A model generated the notes under the pieces. The model was not told where the DNA came from, ran no database searches, and saw only the letters and a list, made by a program, of their open reading frames with translations. Of a stretch of 64,000 nucleotides of DNA, positions 53,340 through 64,000 are shown one piece after another; the stretch's first letter is position 1; the number at the start of each line of letters is the position of its first letter. The translations under genes were made by a program, and so were the position numbers. Where the stretch lies: contig OZ176054.1 of NCBI GenBank assembly GCA_964247055.1, forward strand, positions 4,154,001-4,218,000, read 5' to 3'. The stretch comes from Paragordius varius. Lineage: Eukaryota > Animalia > Nematomorpha.

Positions 53340-54500
53340 CAACAAGACATAGTTATATTTTAGAAAGATATAATCATTATATTTTTATTTTAAAAGTTGA
53401 GTACTTGGGGAAAAGCCATGCTCCAAATCCTCTCAATAATAACATCAAAAAAATATAAAAATAATAAGTTTAGAACTTAAAAGAATTATAAAACAAACAG
53501 AATTTAGGACATCGATTCAAATTGCACGCATGAATTATTCATCGGACAAAAATCTAGAATTGCTCAAACTAGATTGCAAAAGAGCCATGTAATCTTAATA
53601 TTACACCTTTGATTATAGGAAATGACACTAGAGTTCCGAAAGCCATAAAGAGCTTTCGTAAAATATCAAGTAACGAAATGTCCTTAAATTTTATGAATGA
53701 GCACATTCTTAAATAGCAATAAACGAACTCCAAATAATACACCTACGTTAAACCGTAATTTTGGACGAGATACAATGTTAGACAATATCACAACCAAAGG
53801 AATCTTTTAGAAGGCATTGAAATAACCATAGATTATAAATTACAGCATTCTAACAAGCGTGAACAGATGTTGAATTAATGACAAGCAAATAACCAACAAA
53901 CAACTTACAGTCAAAACCAATTCACTAATAAATCCCAAAATCCAAAAAAGCACAGTTATATACCATTTGAACAGCACAGAAACTTTAATAAAACAACAAA
54001 TGCCAGGATACAATTAATCATAAATTAAGGTTAATAAAAAACAACAAAATATCAATCAACATCGGAAAGGCAACAAAAAAACATTTACAACATTGGCTGA
54101 AATGGGGTAATAGAATTGTCGAAAAAACAAAGTATTAATGGGTTATTTAATCCATAAAGAATCGGCAACTGAAGGGTTAATAAAAGAACGACGCTTTCAA
54201 AGTATGGAAGAGAATGATAATCTAAAAAACTAAGTCAGACATAATAAAACTTCGAAAAGCTTTTTGATGAAAAATCTACCAAACTTTCTGAGGAGGAGAT
54301 TAGTTTATAAATAAAATGTTTAACAAAGCAAAACTAGATGGAATAACTTAAGACAATCCAATCAAGAAACTCTACCTATATTATAAAACCAAACATTATA
54401 ATCCCTTTAACACTTGAAAACAAACTCGTTCCTAAATTGCAAAAAGCTAATGTAGAAATATGAAACTCAATCACTAGACATGAGTGAGCTCCTAATTTTA
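53340..54500 (+). other. A-rich, strand-biased, coding-like decayed segment, possibly an ancient retroelement ORF
   Basis: Marked A over T skew on + and short readable peptide stretches between many stops. No motif confidently identified. Confidence 0.25.
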
Positions 54501-54569
54501 ACTTGTACCATCCTTAATTCATATCTATATTAAATTTACACGCGTTTACACCATCGGAATAGTCTAAAC

Positions 54570-56226
54570 CAGTGGTATTCAAAGCGCGGCCCTAAGAGTG
54601 CTTAAAAATGCCCTATCACCATATTGATACTTAAATTATTGATGAATTTTTAAAATACACATAGAATTTTCGTTTATCTTAATATTAATTTATTTTCTTT
54701 AGATTTAATTTGGTAATTTTTATTATTAACCAATTTTAAAACTAGAAAAAATCCCTACATTAAAATGATTTCAAATTTTTGGCACACGTTGTATTTGTTT
54801 CTGTATTCTATTTTCTTTTCTAATTTGAAATTTTTATTGCATTCCTTTTTTGTATCTAAGCAAGCTTTTCACCCAAACTTGCATATACATATTCTTTTCA
54901 TTGCTCTCCTGCATCATTTTAACTCATTTCCATAAATTTTTCAAATCAACATAATTAAATTTTGACCTTTTAGCATAATTCAAATTATATTCCTATTTTT
55001 TTGAAAAAATTTACATAATATTTTTGAACATAAATTCAAAGTATGACATCTAATGCTAAAAAACGTAAATTATCCGATGATAATCGCTCCTTTAAAAAAG
55101 AATGGGAAGAAAAATTCTTTGTCGTTTTAAATTGTTACCTGCCTTATATTTAAGGACAACACAATAAAAAAATACAATATTGAAAGACATCTCAATGTGC
55201 GCTCTTCGTGAGATTTTACAACGACAATATATCCAACGAGAAATAAATGTTTACCAATGAATAATACCACGAAAGAAGTGTTCTCGAAATAATTAGCACT
55301 TTTTTGGATACTAATGGTATATCTATGAAAAAATTGGTTTCGATCTGCACAGATGGCTGTCCCTCTATGAAACAAATATAATTTGCAAAATATTTTATCC
55401 TTTCACTGTATTGATCAGCAAAAATTGGTTTCACGTGTAAAAGATGAATCACTCAATTCAGTAATTAAAATGGTTGTGGATATAGTTGATCACATCCGTG
55501 GCAGAGAATTCAATCGCCGTAAATTGAAAAACGTTCTGAAGATCTCCACAGTGGGTTTGATGATATTCTTTTGTACACCGCTGCGAGATGGCTAAGCCTT
55601 AGCAAAGTTTAAATAATTTTTTTAAGACATGAAATTCTATTATTTATGAGAGAAGTTTGACGAGGAAATTAATATAACCTTTACAACTTACTTATAAACT
55701 TGTTATTTTTGATACAAGTCTTCAAAGGAGCAAAATAACCTATCTAATTAAATATTTGCTTTTGAAGCGTAGATTTTAAAAATGATTCCAATACGGTGGC
55801 TATATTCAAGGAGAATCGTAGAGAAGAAAGATATGTAGAGTTTTGGCATAAAAAATTTGCTCAAGTTATCTTAACTGTTTTTCCCTCCACTTACAAGTGT
55901 GTGAAGGCATATTCAAAAATGAAGTGTCAAGAATACATAGAGAAATCGCTTAACCGATGATCATATGGACGACGTATTAAGATTGTGTCATGTGGTGAAA
56001 CCAAATTTGTCAAAAATTATTGGTTAATATCAAAATATTTTAATTTTTCAAACTAAATGGTGACAAGTTTTTAGCTGGATTTACATGCGATCCGCAAAAA
56101 ATTCATAGTGCTGATTTAGAGTATAAATATGTGCATATGTGTCAAACGCTATGGAATATTTGCCATTATAAGCCTCGAAAAAAAATATTTTATTTGGCCC
56201 GTCAAATTTTTTTGTCAGTTCCACTG
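54570..56226 (+). mobile_element. Internally deleted hAT (Buster/GTF2IRD2-like) element
   Basis: Perfect 8-bp TSD GTCTAAAC on both sides; ends CAGTGG...CCACTG. Plus-strand remnants include MTSNAKKRKLSDDNRSFKKEWEEKFF, ICTDGCPSM, HCIDQQKL..VIKMVVDIVDHIR and FPSTYKC. Confidence 0.9.
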
Positions 56227-56694
56227 GTCTAAACCCATAAAAATTTTATCCAACCATAAAAAATAACAGATTAGACAACTTGTGGGATATAAACAATACT
56301 GCTACTCATCAAAAATACACTAAAAGACAAAAATTTTGAATTAAAATTAAAACACACTTTTCTACTTTGGCCGTGCTTTTTACAATAACAGCAAAATATA
56401 AGTAGTATCTATTTTATATGATTTGCTAAAAGTGTGGACACATAATTGGAAAAGACGATAAAATTAGGAAAAAATATTAGACTCGTAAATATTCAAGCAT
56501 AATTAACATAAGTACATAACACCTCGCTTCCAATACCCTAGTCACATTTGCGAGAATAAACTTCGATAAAATGCAATGCGTCAACCGTCAAATTAATATA
56601 CCAAATATATATATTATTGTACGTTAGATACAGAAAATTAAATATTATAATACTAATTCTATTTATTATCTACATGCTAAAATTCTGTAAAAAT

Positions 56695-57176
56695 TTATTG
56701 AACTTTTTGTATTCCCTTTTTGCCAATTAAAGATTTATGGATATGAGGGATAACACCTAAAGATTTAAAAATAATTAAACCTCCGCCAGCAATAGTGGCT
56801 CTTATTAATGAATCAAGCTCCTCATCACCTCTAATAGCCAATTGTAAATGTCTGGGAGTAATTCTTTTGACTTTAAGATCCTTACTAGCGTTTCCTGCTA
56901 ATTCTAAAACCTAATAATTATTATTTTATAAATACTTCAGCAGTCAAATATTCCAAAATAGCCGCACTGTAAACTGCAGCAGTTGCACCTACTCTTCCAT
57001 GACTTGTCGTACGTGTTTTCAAATGTCTATGGATCCTGCCAACGGGAAACTAGACATAATTACGAATCTATACTTGTAGTCCGGCCCTAGCAGATCTAGT
57101 AGTTGCTTTAGACTTAACTTTTCCTGAATCTTTTCCAGCTTTACCACCAGCCTAAATTTTAAATCAAGTTTACCAT
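56695..57176 (-). CDS. H2AZ: Histone H2A.Z (H2A.V); 5 exons, the first being ATG only
   Basis: M|[26 protein letters not shown]|[38 protein letters not shown]|[43 protein letters not shown]|[20 protein letters not shown]. Introns of 22, 24, 25 and 24 nt; AATAAA about 30 nt after the stop. Confidence 0.99.
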
Positions 57177-57401
57177 TTAATATAAGCGGGAAAATAAAAA
57201 ATAACGATTAAAAATCATATGATCTATTTTTTACGCTCCTAGGAAAACAAACACAGGTGAAAAAATATTTTTAACTAATAAAATAAAAAACCTATATTGG
57301 ACAATATACATATATTATTTTTCTTAAAAGAAATTATTATTTTATTCGTAATTTAAAACACAAACGCAAATGGACACACTGAACACAAAAACATTGGTTA
57401 A

Positions 57402-58240
57402 CACTTCGATTCAATTTGGGTCTAAATACCCCAGACACAGATTTTTAAAAAACTACTGAAGGACACAGTGTATACAAAAAAATAAGATGAAATATACATT
57501 TCCGTTTAAAAAATCTGGGACCTCATGGTGCTTTTGAAATTTGTGCTTACAAGTGATAAAAGGTAAATAAGACTTTTGGAATTATTTATATCAAGAAATG
57601 GCAAAATTCGCTCATGCTTATTAAATATTATTTTGGTGAATAGAGGCCTCATTCCAAAAATATCGCTAAAATATATCATAAACTACGCAAAAAACAAAAC
57701 ATATTTTCAAAAAAATTTAATTTTTGGACGTGGTATCTGAAAGTCCCAAACTTTGTTGATTCTCTACAATGGGTTAGACTTTTTAAAATAAACGAAAAAT
57801 TGCCTTAACTGCACGATAAACAATGCTCAATTTTGATATCAATTAAGAATATTTTCAAAAAATGCATATTTTTTAAAAAAATTAAATTTTCAGCAAAATT
57901 TTGTTTAATTCAATCTATTTTAGTGAAACGGTATAAACGGTATAAGACATTATAATAACACTCTCGCTATAATTTTATGGTGCTAAAGATTTTTATCACC
58001 TCAGAATTTTAATTAAAATATCTTTCATCTTCAAATTTATGTTATGTAAATTGTGTTATTTTACGAAAATTTGCCAATAGTGATTATTTTTGGAATAAAG
58101 CATTTAGCTTTCACCAAAAAATTGTTTAAAGATGTGCTTAATGATATAAGAAACTTTTTTAGACTTTTGTTGTAACTGGTGCGTGTCAAAAAATGGCAAA
58201 ATTTACTAAATTTAAAAGCACCATTCCTAATACATTTTTT
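57402..58240. mobile_element. Family B element, mainly one arm, starting at a TTAA terminus
   Basis: TTAA|CACTTCGATTC at 57398-57412. The body matches the family B arm through TTTTTATCACCTCAGAATT (about 58000), followed by a short inverted piece at about 58090. Confidence 0.7.
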
Positions 58241-58351
58241 CATTTGTTTTATCAAATTTTTTTAAAACTATTTTAAATAATTCGATGCTACGGAAGGTTT
58301 ATGTTAAAAGATTCGCTTGCTTTTAACTTATGGGTAATTAAAAGTACAATG

Positions 58352-58430
58352 CAGTGGCGAAACTACAGAGAGCAAGGGGAAGCAATGCTGGGAGCCACAA
58401 GGCAAAACCCGGGCCCTTTTTTACTTTTAT
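58352..58430. mobile_element. Orphan hAT-like terminus
   Basis: GC-rich CAGTGGCGAAACTACAG...CCCGGGCCC in an AT-rich background resembles hAT (Tip100-like) ends; no partner end found. Confidence 0.35.
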
Positions 58431-58792
58431 TAAATTTTACTTTTACCAATAAAATATATTTTAGGAACCAATACAACATTAACGAGCAACGAAGAAAAAT
58501 GAGCGCAAAGGAGCTTCTATGTTAATAAAAATAAATATATTAAATTTAATTTCTTTGCACATATTTATATAATATATATTAGATGAAATGCATAAAGATT
58601 GTTCTTCATAACAATTAAATGCTATTATTGATTTTAAAAATGCAAAACAGAGCTCGAAAATTTAATAATCTTATTTAAATTTAGACTATACAACTGCAAA
58701 AAAGATGCCATGGGAATGGCAATTAAATGGGGGAACCTGTTTTTAGTGATAGATATAAAACCATATTGATGAACATGCCGATGACCATATAC

Positions 58793-58930
58793 CAGGGCTT
58801 GGATCTGGAACCGGGTGGGTTTCTGAATAAGTGGAACCGCAATCGCGATGGTTGCACCCAATGGAACGGGTTCTGGTTAAGATCCCAGAAGCCGGGTTCC
58901 GGTTCCATGCGGTTTCGGTTCCAAGCCCTG
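58793..58930. mobile_element. 138-bp miniature hAT-like element
   Basis: Perfect 11-bp TIRs CAGGGCTTGGA / TCCAAGCCCTG, internal GGAAC(C)/GGTTC(C) repeats pointing inward from each end, and flanks CCATATAC / CCATACAT (imperfect 8-bp TSD). Confidence 0.75.
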
Positions 58931-59354
58931 CCATACATTTTCCATTACATCAATCCTAAATTTATATATTTATGTCTCAAAAAATATATATGCAAATATA
59001 TGTTTTATGCAAGCGCGATCTTTTAGCGTTGATAAGCGGACAAGAGGAATTTCTACCAATTTTCAAGGAAAAATAAAACATATATGTCTAAAAAATGGTA
59101 GTTTGAATATATATAATAAAATTTAAAGGCTACGAAATAATGGAAAAGTAAATGTATCATTTTAGATTAGTCGCCCTACAATAAATTTTGCTAGATTTCC
59201 CCTCTAATATGATAAAAAAGAAGAATCGCAGAACCATCATTATTCTTCCAAGATATGATTTTGTAAAATGATTTAAAACTTCACTCTACATATACGCAAT
59301 ATCATATATAGGCGGTGTAAAAATTTATTAATTAGAAACACAAAAGCTAAATAT

Positions 59355-62300
59355 CTAATCAATATAAAAAGCGACACTTTTATAATAAAAATCTTCGGGT
59401 TCCGCATAATCTGTTGTTTGAAACACGTTAAGTAACAAATCCTTTCTATCAGCATTCCTATATAGCGGCAATTCTATGGCCCTAAAATAAATATTATCAC
59501 TGCAGAAAATACCGTTTAGTTTCAGTATCCGGTGTCTTCCACGAAAACTTTACCAATGGTAAAGACATATCTAAATTTTCATAAGGAACAATTTTGTTGT
59601 CCACATATTTGGCTTCCTGTAATTTTATGTCTGAAAATTAAATCATTATAGACCAGTTAAATAAAAATGCGTATCATCATTGGAATAATTTTCACAAATC
59701 TCCATGCTCGGTATTAGGTCCTCAAAGTTCAATTTATTGTTTCTGGCAATATATTGCCTAAAATGTAAATTTAGCTATAAAACTTAGTTCTGGTAAAAAA
59801 GGCATCTGGGTGAAACAATCCACCAACCCACAAAGATAAATTATTATCATTATTGGTTAAATGAGTAATTAATTGATTTATTCGTAGGAAAAGATTTTGA
59901 ATCCAATCATTAAATTGCAAAATAGTGTCCTTATTGTGATATTTTATCCAAGCTTTTGGGGTTATTCCTATAAAAGAAAATGTTAACTAAATAGTTTTTA
60001 CCTATCACAATATCTCGGTACGCTGCGGATTGGTAAGGTATTTTATTACATTTGAGTTGGTTAATTATATACTCAATTTCCACATGTACATTATCTAATA
60101 TATTGGACCCAAATTGTAACTAATTAAATATTTTTATTGTAATATTACTTCTTCATTCAGAAAATCTTTGATAAAACCTTCAGGTTTTCTCAACTCATTT
60201 ACTTTTTGCTATAAAATTATAAAAATAATAACCTGGATACTAATTGATTGTTTGAAAATCTCTTCAAGTTTGAAACGAATGTTTAAGTCTTCTATGGTAC
60301 AATATATATTAAATTTTACATAATAATTATGAGTATTTAAAACACATTATGATAAAAAGATAGGCCATTCGAAATTAACTTACAACAAGGTAAACTTAGG
60401 TTCGAATTATCAACCCAATAACAAGCTGCTAACGAGTTTGAGAAAGGTTTTAAAGATAATGCGGGGACTGTGCATATAGGGCGCAAAGCAAATATAAAAA
60501 AATAATTGACAACAAAACGCTTATTTTTAAAAGTAAAAGTACCAAAACTCCAAAATTTTATGTGTTAAGATCAAAATATATAAGATGGTTTTCATTATAA
60601 AATCTCGAAACTTATATAAATAACGCATTGTTATATATGGTCATTTAGTCGCGATAAATTGTAAATAATGCAAGAGTTAAGTTGGATAGTTCGATTAATC
60701 AAAATAATTTATGCCAGATTAATTAATTTTTAATCAATAATAACAGAGAATAAGGGCTAACCTGGATTAATATTTCTTTCAGCCAGATGACTATAAATAT
60801 AAATGTCAAACATACCTATCAACCAAATCTAAATTGTTGTTTAATTTAAATAGGTTTGTGTACAGTAACTGACTTCTCTTTTTCAATACTATAAACTCCG
60901 AATTTTCAAACATTCCCAACATAGTGGGATTCAAATTTTCAGGTATTTTAGTTTCTTTTGCTAGCCAATTAATATATTCTTCACGAGATGTAAATTTTGG
61001 TACATTAATATCAAAAGAAAATAAATTCATATTTCCATTAAGATTTTTGGGATCAAAGAGGTCGCTTAGAATGCAAGCCAGAAGTTTCTTAAATACATTA
61101 ACAACATTAAACTTGATCATATTTATTTTCGATTTTCGAACCATAGTCAGAATACAAGAGCATGTGTTGGATCGGTTTCCATGGAAACTTGGGCTGAATA
61201 AAATGATCACCTAAAAATATGAAAAAAAAAACAAATACCATCTTGATAAAAGTTTAACCAAATATTAAGCGTTTGGTAGGCATATCTAGCATCATCATTG
61301 AATTCATAATATTTTGTCCATCCCAATGGGGTGTAACTCAATCGTTCAGTTATTATGGCATGTGCACTGTTAATATTAAATATGAAAATTAAACCAAGAA
61401 AGAAGAAATTCAAAACGATTCCTTTCAAAAGAGGGATTAGAGTTTGTGGTGAACACATTTTGATAAGTTCGCAATATATTTGATTTTATACCCGGTGCTG
61501 CTTCCAGTGTTATAACAGAGCATTGAGAAAAAAGATCTTGTGGAATCTAGAAAATAGTGTTTGAAAAAATATTTAAAAGGGTAAACCATTTAACCATGTA
61601 TATACCTTTTTATTTATTTCGGTCGTCATAATCAATCTAAAATTGGTATTTGTGAAAACAATGGATTTCTTAACAAATAAATTTAGCCAATTGTAATCGA
61701 GATGTATGTTTTTAAGCAGAATCCAATTTCCACTTTTTTGCGCAATATTTATCAATTTGTCGGCAGATTCAGAACTTTCATGGGACCCTATATGATTTAT
61801 TATAATATATATTTTTTGGAGATCAATAGGTGTTGAGAGTGGGTGGTCTAACAGTCGCAAATTTTATATACTAATATATGCTAGTTAGCATCAGAAACCA
61901 TAAAAAACCCAAATTGTTGACAGTGTTGGCCAATAGGATATCGTAATATATCTTATCTGCAACTGTTAGGTTAACCCCTCTCAATTCATATTGATTTCTA
62001 ACTTAAATTTTTAGAAGCAAGCGCTTTTCCGCCAAAAATTAATGATTTCCTATTATTTATGTTACTAATTTATTCATTATAATAGCAAATAAAAAATACT
62101 GTATAATTATAAATATGACTAGTTTCAATCCACAAATGGGGAATGGTTATGAAGTAATAATATATATTTGTATTAAACATATAAACTTCAAGTCTGATAA
62201 ATTGAAAAGAAATATTTTTTAAAAAAAGTTACCCATAGCTATAGAAGTTATGATTTTGCCACAAGTGATGGCTATATCATTAACCAATGTCCCTGCATCA

Positions 62301-64000
62301 TATCCCGGCAATGAACATATAATTAAGGGTGAATTACAATCAATCTATTATTAAATGTGTGTACATACTTCATTTTCAATAATGTTCTTTAGATTTAGGA
62401 CATTATCGGGTAATTGATTCAAAAAATCACAGTTAAACACACTGTTTATAAACATCCTTCCGTATTCAATAAATCGATCTGGTTGTAACAATTTCATAAC
62501 AATTAATTTATGTAGAGCTTGTTCTTGGGCATCATTTTTATCCATTGAAACTGTCGTAAATAGGTGTTGCAAAAAGATATCCATATTCTCACTTTCATTG
62601 TATTTGATAAACAAATTTTTGATATCGCTCGGATTCTGTAATTATATATATAAAAATCGATTTTACAGTGAAATATGGTTTGATTTTGGGCAACGATATA
62701 ACATCCAATAAATTCTGTTTCATATCAGATGAAACATCTACGGGCAATTCTATTTCAGGGGTCGATAGAAAATTGTTGGATAGTAAATATGAAATTACTT
62801 GTTCCGAACAACTATGATATTATAGTTATAAAACAATACTTGGGTTTATAAAATTTTAAATACATCAAAGCGTTATTCAAGGCATATAAAAGTTTGTCAT
62901 CGTTCAAGAGACATTTACCAAAACTGACAAATAAATTTTTTATCAGCTGCAAAAGGAATTGAGTCAAATCCTCGCTAATTAACAGTTCCTTGAAAGTAAC
63001 CAATGTTTGTTGAAATATTTTTAGGAATTGACATAATGAAAACATATACATGTCATTTATCTAAAAGATATAGTTAACATCATAAACATACCTTTTGAAA
63101 GTTTTTTGTAGCAAAATAAAGATCGGCTATATTAGCTGTTAATAATTCATATTTTTCAAACATATATTTAATTTCATTCATTAATTTAACATTTTCATTC
63201 AATTTTTCCGATATGGATTTAGCCTCTGAATTTATATTCTCAATTGTGTTTATCAGCGTGTCATCGTCAATCAAATTTTTTGCTTTACATTGATTCAAAA
63301 TTTCTAACAAATCTTTCTCCAAATTATGCAATTTCGTTTTATAAACATCTAACATATATAATAAAGATTAACTTTCCAAAGCATTTAATTCCGTACGCCT
63401 TGTTTCCAGATCTGGATTAATAAAGGACAATAGACTTGTCATACATTGAGATTGTAGGCCGGATTTAGTTAAATTAAAATTGATATAAACTACACGAGAA
63501 CAAATCTCAGGCGAAAATATGTGCTAAAGATTATTAATAAATTAATTCCTACGTTTGCACTTTTGGTCGATAAATACAAAACGAACGACGGTGATAAATC
63601 GATTTCAAGATCACCCAAAGACACTAATAAGCGTCCAGCAGTTTTTCTGATTTCTTTGTTTAAAATGGAATATATAATAGGATCAATATTTTCTGCGTCC
63701 TGTATGAGCAACGGATTCCCAAATCTCAAACAACTTTCCAAATTTTTTTGAAACACATTATCCAAAAAACTAGAATTTATAATGTCAAAATAACCTTGTG
63801 ATGATTAATTTTTTATTTTGAGTTTTGTAATAATCTATGAGAAAATCGGTTGCTTTATTGTTCGGATCAATGATTAACGGATTGCGTAAATTTAACCCAT
63901 TCAGTTTTTGAGAATACCATTTTATCATTAAAACATTTTCCAGAAACAGGGGATCGGTCTCTTGCTTCCTACTTATTAAATAATATATAATAAATTTAAA
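59355..64000 (-). CDS. DYNC1H1: Cytoplasmic dynein-1 heavy chain, 3' part (AAA5 to C-terminus), strongly diverged; gene continues beyond the window
   Basis: [75 protein letters not shown]; [22 protein letters not shown]; [12 protein letters not shown]; ELPLYRN...KSVAFYID* (TAG at 59355-59357). These match dynein-1 better than dynein-2. Most introns are about 23-35 nt. The small exon near 60400-60470 is ambiguous. Confidence 0.88.

Noticed and set aside
58634-59026. Four overlapping ORFs on both strands
   Set aside because: Explained by the GC-rich 138-bp mini-element lowering stop frequency; the peptides are low-complexity and unrecognisable.

Overview
This is a very AT-rich animal nuclear DNA window with eight multi-exon protein-coding genes in tight islands, separated by decayed transposons. 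The genes, reconstructed by hand across their introns, are COX4 (-), NFU1 (+), LIS1/PAFAH1B1 (-), a secreted 3xPAN + ZP-N protein (+), cGMP-dependent protein kinase (-), PRPF8 (+), H2A.Z (-) and the 3' part of a divergent cytoplasmic dynein-1 heavy chain (-, runs off the right edge). The COX4 motif VGFGINGEPSYFD and the NompA/cuticlin-like PAN-ZP architecture point to a protostome. The genetic code appears standard. The exact taxon cannot be fixed from this window; a highly derived lineage such as an orthonectid, dicyemid or nematomorph is a guess. The dominant unusual signal is a miniaturised splicing system: 50 GT-AG introns of 20-35 nt counted by hand in the seven complete genes, more in dynein, alongside a separate class of 46 nt to about 2 kb introns. 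PRP8 itself has 38 introns (23 of them 23-35 nt) and substitutions in normally invariant motifs. Other striking points are COX4 and NFU1 start codons only 12-24 bp apart head-to-head, and two convergent gene pairs with stop codons 71-78 bp apart. Mobile DNA includes hAT/Buster elements with intact target duplications, a mariner, a non-autonomous Helitron, Harbinger and RTE remnants, TTAA-specific MITEs and long foldback elements. All counts and alignments are manual and need RNA-seq or computational confirmation.
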